Origin: a virus
Taxonomy: Duplodnaviria; Caudoviricetes
IMG/VR virus record: IMGVR_UViG_3300009180_002134
Location: 1 to 54,578 of that record
DNA length: 54,578 nucleotides
Reading direction: 5' to 3' (one strand)
In this document: in pieces, positions 7,514 through 15,882 of the stretch
How the letters are laid out: every line of letters starts with the position of its first letter
Position numbering within the stretch: the first letter of the stretch is position 1
Program-made: the position numbers and the translations under genes
Notes under the pieces: generated by a model
Seen by the model: the letters and a program-made list of their open reading frames with translations, nothing else
The model's database searches: none
Told to the model about the DNA's origin: nothing

Positions 7514-8021
7514 TTGCTGCAGAGATAAAATTAGACCTAGTGGTATTGTAAACTATGAAGGAGAATTTTTGATCTGTCAAATGAAAGACTTAATCAGTTC
7601 TGAAGGAATACTTCTTCCTAAAGGACTATTGGTTTTACAAGAATGGGAAACATTCTTGGTAAAAACTAAGAAGAAAGTAGCTACAGATGTGTTAGGACCT
7701 GATGCTATAGAAAATGTAAAGAAGTATAGGGAAATGTTTCCTACAGGAAGATTTCCTTCTAAAGCATTAGCTAGACAAAATCCAGAAGATTTAAAAAAGA
7801 AATTCATTTGGTTTTTTCAAACCTATCCTGAATACACATGGGAACTTGTACATGATGCCACTCATTATTATCTTCATGTAAAAGAGTTAGCAGACTATCA
7901 GTTTGCTGTAACAAGCAGTTATTTTATAAGCAAAACAGATAGATATACTAAAGAAGTGACATCTGCATTAGCAGACTATTGTCAGGAATTACTTGATAAT
8001 CCTGATTTAAAAAACCATTAA
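7446..8021 (+). CDS. Hypothetical replication protein upstream of the helicase (possible initiator/loader)
   Basis: 191-aa ORF; function inferred from position only. Confidence 0.45.
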   Translation: MSHQIWNPLIKHNVSPNQIYFLDCCRDKIRPSGIVNYEGEFLICQMKDLISSEGILLPKGLLVLQEWETFLVKTKKKVATDVLGPDAIENVKKYREMFPTGRFPSKALARQNPEDLKKKFIWFFQTYPEYTWELVHDATHYYLHVKELADYQFAVTSSYFISKTDRYTKEVTSALADYCQELLDNPDLKNH

Positions 8022-8022
8022 T

Positions 8023-8214
8023 ATGACAAAATATGAAAAGATATTACACAGATTTATAATCAGTATACTATTTTCTATAGCTAGTTGGTTTATCATCAAC
8101 AACTTAATTGTAAGTGTTAGCTTTTGGAAATATCTTATTATAGAAATTTTATTATTAGTAATGTTGAAATTGAATACAATGTTAACTAAAAAACTTAGTT
8201 TATGGACCCTATAA
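8023..8214 (+). CDS. Small 2-TM membrane protein
   Basis: Two hydrophobic segments; tightly packed with neighbours. Confidence 0.55.
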   Translation: MTKYEKILHRFIISILFSIASWFIINNLIVSVSFWKYLIIEILLLVMLKLNTMLTKKLSLWTL

Positions 8215-9275
8215 AAAAGCCTTTTGGGGCTAGAAAGTATTCAGAAATACTTAAAGAAGGATTAAAATATATAGATGACAGAAGAAAAGGAAGAATAAAG
8301 TCTTTCAAAACTCCATGGCTTGGAATAAATAAAGCAGGGGTGGGAGGACTGGAGTGGGGATCTATGCTCACTATAGGTGCCAGACCAGGTTCTGGTAAAA
8401 CCTTAGTTGTAAATCAGATTCTTAGAGAAGCTCATAAGAATAATTCCTCTCAGGATTTTAATATTCTAGACTTCCAGTTTGAGATGGGAGGTAAACAATC
8501 TGCAGCTAGAGCTTTTGCTGCTGAGACAGCTTTGGATTATAACATAGTTCTTTCTACAGATAGGCAGTTAGATGATTATTCTTATGCAATGATGGACCAA
8601 CACGTAAAAGAAACAGAAGCTTTTGAGGCTGTGGGTATAAATAGAGAAGTGATAACAGAACCTCTAAGTCATGATGGAATCAAAAAAGCTATAGAACATT
8701 ATTATGTTGCTATGGGAGGTAAACCTATGGTGGTAACTATAGATCATAGTTGGCTTATTAAAAGAATGCCGGATGAGAAAGAAAAGATTACCACCCTGTA
8801 TAACACTGTAGAAATGTTGATGCAACTCAAAAACAAATATCCTATTATTATAATCATGATCACCCAGCTCAACCGGGGGATGGAAGATTATACAAGAAAA
8901 GAACCAGGTAAAATTGCAAACTATCCAACCAGTACAGATATATTTGGTGGTGATGCTCTAATGCAGGGATCTGACATGGTGTTAGCTCTTAGTAGACCAT
9001 TCACTCTTAACATTCCCTTGTACGGGGACAAAGCATATCTTGTAAAAAGTGATGATATATTTGTTCATCTTCTTAAAGTGAGAAATGGTGGAGACAACCA
9101 TCCTATTCTGTTTATGAAAGCAGAATTTAATAAACAAAGAATGATAGAAGTGTCAGAACCACAGGCCACAAGTAGTGGTAGTAAAACTGCTGGAGCTGGA
9201 TACACTAGACTATCACAAAGACCTGCAACACCGTCCACACCAATATCTGGAGATATAGATGTAGATGATATTTAA
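8202..9275 (+). CDS. dnaB: Replicative DNA helicase, DnaB/SF4 family (C-terminal domain)
   Basis: GARPGSGKT Walker A, FQFEM, TIDH, ITQLNR, D...GDALMQGSD, LLKVRNG. Confidence 0.9.
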   Translation: MDPIKKPFGARKYSEILKEGLKYIDDRRKGRIKSFKTPWLGINKAGVGGLEWGSMLTIGARPGSGKTLVVNQILREAHKNNSSQDFNILDFQFEMGGKQSAARAFAAETALDYNIVLSTDRQLDDYSYAMMDQHVKETEAFEAVGINREVITEPLSHDGIKKAIEHYYVAMGGKPMVVTIDHSWLIKRMPDEKEKITTLYNTVEMLMQLKNKYPIIIIMITQLNRGMEDYTRKEPGKIANYPTSTDIFGGDALMQGSDMVLALSRPFTLNIPLYGDKAYLVKSDDIFVHLLKVRNGGDNHPILFMKAEFNKQRMIEVSEPQATSSGSKTAGAGYTRLSQRPATPSTPISGDIDVDDI

Positions 9276-9296
9276 TAATAATTAAAACAAACAAAC

Positions 9297-9857
9297 ATGG
9301 CAGAAAACCAGACATTTGATTTAAAAGAATGGAAGAAACAAAAGCTAGATGCTATTCGTAACTTTCATATGGGGTTAATCAATGACCTTGGAATTAGTCC
9401 ATTAGATTTCAACATGAAGAAAGCCTTCTATGATAAGCAAGGTAGAGAAGTTGTTGGAATCTTTGGTTCAGAATTCCGAAAAGACAAAGGCTTTTTCTTT
9501 GAGCTAATCAGTAGTGATCTTGATCCTATTGATGCAGAAAGAAAAGTTTATAGAGTACCACCAAACGCTTGTTTTGAAGAAGAGTATGAACTAAATCCTA
9601 AGAATTCATACAATGTTCCTTTAGAAGAGTTAAGAGTGGTAAATCCTTACTCAGCAGCTATTAGCAAGGGTGCTGCTATAGATATTATGGAAAAAAAAGT
9701 AGAAGAAAAAACACCAAAATTCCATAAAATTTCAGTACCTTTGGAGGAAGATGCACCGTATAGTGAGATGACAATTAGAGACTTCTATGCTATGCAATCA
9801 GGTAAACCAGTTAGTTTAAAAGGCTGGCTTAACAACTTAATCAAATCTTCAACATAA
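9297..9857 (+). CDS. Hypothetical phage protein
   Basis: 186-aa ORF with A-rich leader; C-terminal MTIRDFYA motif. Confidence 0.6.
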   Translation: MAENQTFDLKEWKKQKLDAIRNFHMGLINDLGISPLDFNMKKAFYDKQGREVVGIFGSEFRKDKGFFFELISSDLDPIDAERKVYRVPPNACFEEEYELNPKNSYNVPLEELRVVNPYSAAISKGAAIDIMEKKVEEKTPKFHKISVPLEEDAPYSEMTIRDFYAMQSGKPVSLKGWLNNLIKSST

Positions 9858-9858
9858 C

Positions 9859-10542
9859 ATGGCACAGAGTATTTTAGTAATTGCCGAATCAGGTAGTGGT
9901 AAGTCTACAAGTATAGAAAACTTAGACCCCAAAGAAACCTTTATCATTAATGTGGCTAACAAGCCCTTACCGTTCAAAGGTTGGAAAAAAAAGTATACCA
10001 TCTGGAGTAAAGACAACCCCACTGGTAATATGTATGACAAATCCACAGTACCTAACATTGAAGCTTGTATTAAATATGTCAATGACAAAAGACCTGATAT
10101 AAAGGTGTTAGTCATTGATGATTTTCAGTACATGAGTTCATTTGAATTCTTTGAAAGAGTTGATGAAAAAGGTTATGAAAAGTTCACACAGATCGGGGCA
10201 GGATTAGCACGTATAGCTAGAATGCCAAAGGATTTACGAGATGATCTTCAAATCTATTTCTTAACACATGCAGAAGAATCTTCAGATTTAGAAGGAAAGA
10301 AACGTTACAAAGCCAAGACTATTGGTAGAATGGTGGATGAAAAACTTACATTAGAAGGTTTATTCTCTGTTGTACTATTTGGTAAGGTGAAGAAGGACAA
10401 AGATGGTACTATCCGTCACGTGTTTGAAACACAGAACAACGGAGAGAATACATGTAAAAGTCCTAAAGGAATGTTTCCTACCTTTGAGATTGTAAATGAT
10501 CTTGAATATGTAAGACAAGCAATTATTGACTACGAGAATTAA
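9859..10542 (+). CDS. Sak4-like/AAA_24 P-loop ATPase (ssDNA-annealing recombinase)
   Basis: AESGSGKSTS Walker A, LVIDDFQY Walker B, FLTHAE, KSPKGMF; followed by an SSB-like gene. Confidence 0.8.
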   Translation: MAQSILVIAESGSGKSTSIENLDPKETFIINVANKPLPFKGWKKKYTIWSKDNPTGNMYDKSTVPNIEACIKYVNDKRPDIKVLVIDDFQYMSSFEFFERVDEKGYEKFTQIGAGLARIARMPKDLRDDLQIYFLTHAEESSDLEGKKRYKAKTIGRMVDEKLTLEGLFSVVLFGKVKKDKDGTIRHVFETQNNGENTCKSPKGMFPTFEIVNDLEYVRQAIIDYEN

Positions 10543-10565
10543 TCATTATTTAAAAACAAAACAGT

Positions 10566-11174
10566 ATGTTTAACACAAAAGGACAAGAAATCAAAACAGG
10601 AGGAGGGACTCCTAAATCGTTACAACCAGGAGTTGTAAAAGCACACATCTTTAGTTCATCAGTAAGAACTGCAAAAAGTGGTAAAAAATCTTTAGAACTA
10701 ATCTTAGAAGGTCCTGCATCTGAAGGATTTGAAGGTTGGGCTATAGATAAAAACAATCCAGAAGGACCAAAGTTTACAGGTCAGTCTTCTAGAGTGAGTG
10801 CCACCATTTATTCTGATCAATATGATTCAGATAGCCCAGCTAAGAATGAGATCATTTACAAATTATTATTCATTGCCTCTGAACTTGGGTTGAGAGATGA
10901 TGCTGATAATGTAAGTGCTAACAGCATTGAAGAATGGGTTGAGAAAGTAACTGAAATTATTAAAGATCATGATCTTTATTTCTTCTTGAAAGGCACTGAA
11001 GAAGAGTATAATGGTAAAACTATTGTAAAATTATCTTTACCAAGATACAAGTTTGTTTCAGTGGATACAACAGGATTGGATAAGTTTGATAAAAACAATC
11101 AATACCATTACAAAGCCATTACAACCAAAACGGTTAGTGGTTTTGAACCTGCTGTTGATGATTTTGATATGTAG
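10566..11174 (+). CDS. Probable single-stranded DNA-binding protein
   Basis: Located between Sak4-like ATPase and primase; beta-rich with acidic/aromatic C-terminal tail (AVDDFDM). Confidence 0.55.
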   Translation: MFNTKGQEIKTGGGTPKSLQPGVVKAHIFSSSVRTAKSGKKSLELILEGPASEGFEGWAIDKNNPEGPKFTGQSSRVSATIYSDQYDSDSPAKNEIIYKLLFIASELGLRDDADNVSANSIEEWVEKVTEIIKDHDLYFFLKGTEEEYNGKTIVKLSLPRYKFVSVDTTGLDKFDKNNQYHYKAITTKTVSGFEPAVDDFDM

Positions 11175-11195
11175 TATTTTGTTTTTTTAATTGTC

Positions 11196-11227
11196 GGGGG
11201 GATGTTTCTACATTCCCCCTTATTTTT
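11196..11227 (+). terminator. Intrinsic terminator after the SSB gene
   Basis: GGGGGATGT-TTCT-ACATTCCCC hairpin followed by ttattttt. Confidence 0.7.
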
Positions 11228-11244
11228 GCATAAAATTTTGGAAT

Positions 11245-12225
11245 ATGTTTAATACAAAGAATCTAGTACACGATGTAAAAGATGTTCCATCAAGTTGGAT
11301 ATTTGAACATTTCTGTGTACTTAAAGAAAAACTAACAGGACAAGATGTAAAGTTTAAATCTATATTTAATCCTGGGGAACGTACACCTAGTATGTGTATA
11401 TATTTTGATGGTAAAGTTTATAAGTTTAAAGATTTCTCTACAGGTAAGGGAGGTGATGCTATACATTTTATAAAAGAAATGACACATCTAACATTTCATA
11501 AAACTTGTCAGCTTATTGTAGAAACTTACAATGATTATGTTCTGCATAACAATGGAGGATACGACATAGAAAAGTTTCAAAAAGCTTCTAAGTATAAAGT
11601 TACTAGCCATGTAGTTAGAAGCTGGACCACACAGGATCAATATTTCTGGACACAGTTTAATATTGGATCTAAACTACTTGAGGCTCACAATGTGAGACCA
11701 CTAGAAAGTTATTGTATGACCAAGGACGATAATGAACTTTGTATCAAAGGACTGTATCTATATGGTTATTTCAAAGAAGATGGTACCCTGTATAAAATCT
11801 ATCAACCAAAGACATTAGACAAGAAGTTTATCAAAGCTGAAAGTTACATCCAGGGGTGGGAACAATTACAAAATCGTAAGCACTTAGTAATTACATCTAG
11901 TCTTAAAGATGTGATGTCTATTAAATCTTTAAAGCTTAATGTAGATGTTATAGCACCTGATAGTGAGAACACTATGATCAAGAAATCTGTAATGGAAGAA
12001 CTTAGAAATAAGTATTCTAAAATTATTGTAATGTTTGATTATGATGATGCAGGTGTGGAAGCTATGAAAAAGTACAAAGAAGAATATCCCTTTATAGAAA
12101 TTACAGTGCTTCCTATGAGTAAAGATCCATCGGATAGCATAAAAGATTATGGAGCTAAAGAGGTTAGAAACAGATTAGTTCCTATCTTAGCTAAAAAATT
12201 AAATGATGAGAAAGAAAATAGCTAA
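11245..12225 (+). CDS. DNA primase (DnaG-like, TOPRIM); start re-called at MFNTKNL
   Basis: SIFNPGERTPSMCIY..FKDFSTGKGGD N-terminal domain; ITSSLKDVM, APDSE, MFDYDDAG, KDPSD TOPRIM motifs; the track's TTG start lies at the terminator hairpin. Confidence 0.85.
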   Translation: MFNTKNLVHDVKDVPSSWIFEHFCVLKEKLTGQDVKFKSIFNPGERTPSMCIYFDGKVYKFKDFSTGKGGDAIHFIKEMTHLTFHKTCQLIVETYNDYVLHNNGGYDIEKFQKASKYKVTSHVVRSWTTQDQYFWTQFNIGSKLLEAHNVRPLESYCMTKDDNELCIKGLYLYGYFKEDGTLYKIYQPKTLDKKFIKAESYIQGWEQLQNRKHLVITSSLKDVMSIKSLKLNVDVIAPDSENTMIKKSVMEELRNKYSKIIVMFDYDDAGVEAMKKYKEEYPFIEITVLPMSKDPSDSIKDYGAKEVRNRLVPILAKKLNDEKENS

Positions 12226-12598
12226 ACCTAGAAAAGGGGCAGCACCAAAAACTAGGAATGCTGGTACTATGACAGAATCAGCCTTCTGGAGTTTTATTAG
12301 AAGTGCACTAAGACAGAAGTCTAGATGGTGGAAACCTATATCCCAAGCTAAAGCAAAAGTTAAAAGGGCTTATAAGGGTCCACTTAAAAGACAGAAGTTT
12401 GAGTATCAGTGTGCAGAGTGTTTGAATTGGTATCCTGACAAGAAGATCAATGTAGACCACATTATACCTGCGGGTACATTAAGGTGTGCCAATGACCTCC
12501 CAGGCTTTGTAGAAAGATTATTCTGTGAGATAGACAATCTACAATGTTTATGTAGTGACTGCCATAATAAAAAGACACAATCTGAAAAAGCAAAATGA
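12203..12598 (+). CDS. HNH endonuclease with CxxC zinc-binding pairs
   Basis: YQCAEC...VDHIIPAG...NLQCLCSDCHNKKT. Confidence 0.85.
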   Translation: MMRKKIAKPRKGAAPKTRNAGTMTESAFWSFIRSALRQKSRWWKPISQAKAKVKRAYKGPLKRQKFEYQCAECLNWYPDKKINVDHIIPAGTLRCANDLPGFVERLFCEIDNLQCLCSDCHNKKTQSEKAK

Positions 12599-13194
12599 CA
12601 TCTGATTTAGAACTGATTGAAGCATATAAGAAAGGAAATGAACAAGCCTTTGAAATACTTTACAAAAAGTATAAAAAGCTTGTACTTTCTATTATACGAG
12701 AATCTACTAAAGAAGTTCAAATAGCTAAAGATTATAATCAGGAAATATGGATTAATGTTACTACAAATATTGATAAGTTTATAGATGGTAGTTTTGTATC
12801 TTGGTTACGCACTGTTGCTAAAAACTATTGTATTGATAGACACAGAAGAGCCACTAGTTCTAGAACTATTAAAGAAGAGTTAACTGATGACTTTTTATAT
12901 TTAAGTGATGAATATCAAACTGAAGATGATGATATAGAAAAAGAATTAACTATCATGAGTGATGGTTTTAAATTTCTAACAGAACTTCAGAAAAAGATAT
13001 TAGTTTTTAGAATGAATGGTCTTGCTTTTATTGACATAGCTAATAAGCTCAATCTTCCTTTAACCAATGTGTTATCAAATAGTAGATATTTAACTATCAA
13101 ACTCAGAAGACATTTTGTTAATTCAGGATACACCTTTAATGAAAAACTACCAATAAAAACAAAAAAAACACAAGATGAAAAGTCCAAAAAGTAA
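12595..13194 (+). CDS. ECF-type sigma-70 factor
   Basis: SDLELIE..KKGNEQAFEILYKKY, DYNQEIW, SFVSWLRTVAKNYCIDRHR (region 2); LTELQKKILVFR..GLAFIDIANKLNLP (region 4). Confidence 0.85.
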   Translation: MTSDLELIEAYKKGNEQAFEILYKKYKKLVLSIIRESTKEVQIAKDYNQEIWINVTTNIDKFIDGSFVSWLRTVAKNYCIDRHRRATSSRTIKEELTDDFLYLSDEYQTEDDDIEKELTIMSDGFKFLTELQKKILVFRMNGLAFIDIANKLNLPLTNVLSNSRYLTIKLRRHFVNSGYTFNEKLPIKTKKTQDEKSKK

Positions 13195-13366
13195 ACAAGA
13201 CCTTATAGAAACAGTGTATAAACAAATAGAATTAGATATTCACTGTGGTGAAATGGAAGCTATAGAAGAACTGCTTACATTTCTACCTATAGTAAATCTA
13301 ATAGAATATTTACCAGAAGAAGACTGGAAACAATTTAAACACTTAAGAGATGCCGGAACTACATGA
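13175..13366 (+). CDS. Hypothetical protein
   Basis: 63-aa ORF overlapping both neighbours. Confidence 0.6.
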   Translation: MKSPKSKQDLIETVYKQIELDIHCGEMEAIEELLTFLPIVNLIEYLPEEDWKQFKHLRDAGTT

Positions 13367-13562
13367 GACCCTAATGGGTAGAAAACTTATAGAAGGTACG
13401 TTACCAGAAATAGCTTTACAATTAAAACGTATAGCTGACAGTATGGATAAAGAGAACAAAACAAAGTATGCAAACTTATCAACAGCTATAGCCGTATTTA
13501 TAGAAGGTCATCCAGATGATAAAGATTTAGGAAAACAAATAAGACAACTATATGGAAAGTAA
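13350..13562 (+). CDS. Hypothetical protein
   Basis: 70-aa ORF in the operon; C-terminal HPDDKDLGKQIR. Confidence 0.6.
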   Translation: MPELHETLMGRKLIEGTLPEIALQLKRIADSMDKENKTKYANLSTAIAVFIEGHPDDKDLGKQIRQLYGK

Positions 13563-13725
13563 TGAATTAAAAAGTCAGGACAAATTAACTAGTGAAGTTA
13601 ATCAAGACAAAATAAATGTCCATCAACTTATAGAATTCTTAGAGTATGAAGAAGCATACACTGAAGACAGACAAACCAAAACAAGAATTACATTATTATT
13701 AAAACAATTAGGAATATGGAGTTAG
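13552..13725 (+). CDS. Hypothetical protein, 57 aa (MESNELKSQ...KQLGIWS), not in the ORF track
   Basis: Hand-translated; fills the gap and overlaps both neighbours by about 10 nt. Confidence 0.6.
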   Translation: MESNELKSQDKLTSEVNQDKINVHQLIEFLEYEEAYTEDRQTKTRITLLLKQLGIWS

Positions 13726-14768
13726 AAGATTTGATGGAAGAGTCCATAAAAGTTATGGAATCAGAATTTTATAAAAAGAAGTTTTACTTCAGTTACAGCA
13801 GCCTTAATAAATTAATGTGGAACCCAGTGGTGTTTCATCAAATGTATGTACTTGGTATCAAAGAAGAAAAGACAGATGCTCATCTTGTACAAGGTAAACT
13901 TATACATGGATTGTTATTAGAACCAGAAAAGTTTAATGAACAATTTATAGTGAGTCCTGATAATCTCCCAACTGGTAATACACGTACAGTGGTGGATAGA
14001 ATATATCATCATCATGTAGAGCTTGCTAAGAACGGAGATGAAAGAACAATGCTTTCAGAATTTATGGATGCTATTATAGATGTTCTTAAAGATATGAATG
14101 TTCATCAAAGTTTAGTTGATGATAAGAAAACTGGAGTTACAGGAGATCAAAAAAGATTAGATAAAATACTTACAACAGAAGCTGAAAACTATTGGAACTT
14201 TCTTAGAGCTAAAGGAAATAAAACTCTTATTGATCAACAAACTTATGATTATTGTAATACAGCTGTAGAGATTATCAAAACTAATAAAAAAGTTTGTGAG
14301 CTTATTGGATGTAACACCAATGATTTTGATAGTAGAGTTATAGCCAATGAGCTTCCTATACAAGTTGATGTTCCAGGAAGAGCATTTGGTCTTAAGGGAA
14401 TCATTGATAATTTAATAGTTGATAAAGACAAAAAAATTATCTATATTAATGATGTAAAGACTACTAGCAAAGAGCTAAAAGATTTTGAAGAAAGTGTAGA
14501 ATTTTATTCTTATTGGATGCAAGCTGTTATATATTGCACTATGGTTACAGCTCACTTCCAAGATCTTGTAAACGATGGTTATGAAATGAAGTTTCATTTT
14601 GTTGTAATAGATAAAATGTTTCAAACATATGCATTTCCTGTTTCAGATTCTACATTAGCAATTTGGTTTGATAGACTTATGAAGGTTTTGGATAAGGCTC
14701 AATGGCATTATGAAAATAATAAATTTGATCTACCTTATGAGTTTGCTACAGATTCAATAACCCTATAA
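13716..14768 (+). CDS. PD-(D/E)XK exonuclease (RecE/exonuclease VIII-like)
   Basis: FSYSSLN, GKLIHGLLLEP, NELPI, LKGIIDNL, INDVKTT, YWMQAVIY. Confidence 0.85.
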   Translation: MELEDLMEESIKVMESEFYKKKFYFSYSSLNKLMWNPVVFHQMYVLGIKEEKTDAHLVQGKLIHGLLLEPEKFNEQFIVSPDNLPTGNTRTVVDRIYHHHVELAKNGDERTMLSEFMDAIIDVLKDMNVHQSLVDDKKTGVTGDQKRLDKILTTEAENYWNFLRAKGNKTLIDQQTYDYCNTAVEIIKTNKKVCELIGCNTNDFDSRVIANELPIQVDVPGRAFGLKGIIDNLIVDKDKKIIYINDVKTTSKELKDFEESVEFYSYWMQAVIYCTMVTAHFQDLVNDGYEMKFHFVVIDKMFQTYAFPVSDSTLAIWFDRLMKVLDKAQWHYENNKFDLPYEFATDSITL

Positions 14769-14778
14769 ATTATATAAA

Positions 14779-15339
14779 ATGATCAAGAGTTTATACAGTA
14801 AATACTTTCAGAAATCTAAGTCATTCCTATACCCAGCTCTTGGCATAAAGAAGAACAGTGAGTTTTCACCTTCAGCCACCTATTTAGCCATTGAAGACTA
14901 TATAGGTGCTGAAGATGTAAAGCTTATATGTACATTTGAAAATATAGAAAGTGAAATGTTTAAAACATTTGAACAGAATATGCTAATTGAAAATCCTTTG
15001 TTTATAGAAAAGATAGTTATAGAAAACTACACTGTCTATACATTTGATTACAGCATATATCAAACAGATTGGTTTAATTTCATCATGGGAAAATATTCTA
15101 AACTATCTAATGTTTTAAAGAAAGCTATTAAAACGTATTACGGAGAAGGATCATCTGAATATAAATATATTGACAGTTACCTACATCCTATAGAATACTT
15201 TGATGAATATGCTGAGCTTTTAAATGTAAATGTGGAAGATCTAAAATGTATAGGAGAATTGTGCAATGCATGTGATATGGAAAAAGAAACTTTAAAAATT
15301 CCAAAAGAATATTTGGAAAGTTTAAAAAAAACAGTTTAA
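14779..15339 (+). CDS. Conserved-looking hypothetical phage protein
   Basis: 186-aa ORF; KSKSFLYPALG and FIMGKYSKLS motifs. Confidence 0.6.
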   Translation: MIKSLYSKYFQKSKSFLYPALGIKKNSEFSPSATYLAIEDYIGAEDVKLICTFENIESEMFKTFEQNMLIENPLFIEKIVIENYTVYTFDYSIYQTDWFNFIMGKYSKLSNVLKKAIKTYYGEGSSEYKYIDSYLHPIEYFDEYAELLNVNVEDLKCIGELCNACDMEKETLKIPKEYLESLKKTV

Positions 15340-15344
15340 CTTTG
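15312..15344 (+). promoter_or_regulatory. Complete Bacteroidota housekeeping promoter (-33 TTTG, -7 TAnnTTTG)
   Basis: TTTG (15312-15315), 21-nt spacer, TAACTTTG (15337-15344); 23 nt upstream of ATG 15368. Confidence 0.7.
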
Positions 15345-15367
15345 TTTAAACCAACAAAAACCAACGT

Positions 15368-15784
15368 ATGAATAATTCAATGATGCTGATTACTTCCAGC
15401 TGGGGTCAATTCAAGACCTTCAAAATGATTCCTACTGATGTCAACTGCCCATATGCTGAGTGCATCTTTGATGTACAATCTAAGGTGTTAGCTGTTATCG
15501 GTAAAGTTAGTAAAGAGTCTTTGCACATGTTACCAAAGCTTACTGATCAAGGAGATGTAACATATCTTAAGATTGGTAAAAGAGAAAATGGTAAACCATA
15601 TGCTGAAGAAAGAAGAATGCTCACCACTCTTTACGAATACTACATAGAAGATGTAACAGAGATTAAAGCTTTTGTAAATGGATTTGCAGAGAATTCTGAC
15701 ACATTCAATGTACAGCAGTATATAGATCTTGTTATAGACACTAAACCAGTTCCTGCTGAGAACAGCATTATTACGACAGTCTAA
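15368..15784 (+). CDS. Hypothetical protein with its own promoter and terminator
   Basis: 138-aa ORF bracketed by the promoter at 15312 and the terminator at 15807. Confidence 0.7.
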   Translation: MNNSMMLITSSWGQFKTFKMIPTDVNCPYAECIFDVQSKVLAVIGKVSKESLHMLPKLTDQGDVTYLKIGKRENGKPYAEERRMLTTLYEYYIEDVTEIKAFVNGFAENSDTFNVQQYIDLVIDTKPVPAENSIITTV

Positions 15785-15806
15785 TTGTTATTCATACTAA
15801 TAAATT

Positions 15807-15836
15807 AAGGAGGTGCATTCAGCACTTCCTTTTTTT
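15807..15836 (+). terminator. Intrinsic terminator
   Basis: AAGGAGGTGC-ATTCA-GCACTTCCTT followed by a T-tract. Confidence 0.8.
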
Positions 15837-15882
15837 ATCTTTTTATTTTAAAGGGGAAACAGCTTAACTGAATATTATACAA

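Noticed and set aside
11221-11228. TATTTTTG as a promoter for the primase
   Set aside because: Fits TAnnTTTG but coincides with the terminator T-tract and lacks a -33 element; cannot be distinguished from chance
12203-12598. HNH as an intron-encoded mobile element
   Set aside because: Flanking primase and sigma genes look complete and the gene overlaps both as an ordinary operon member
13716-14768. Cas4/CRISPR-associated nuclease
   Set aside because: No four-Cys Fe-S cluster pattern and no cas or array context; fits a phage recombination exonuclease working with the Sak4-like protein and SSB
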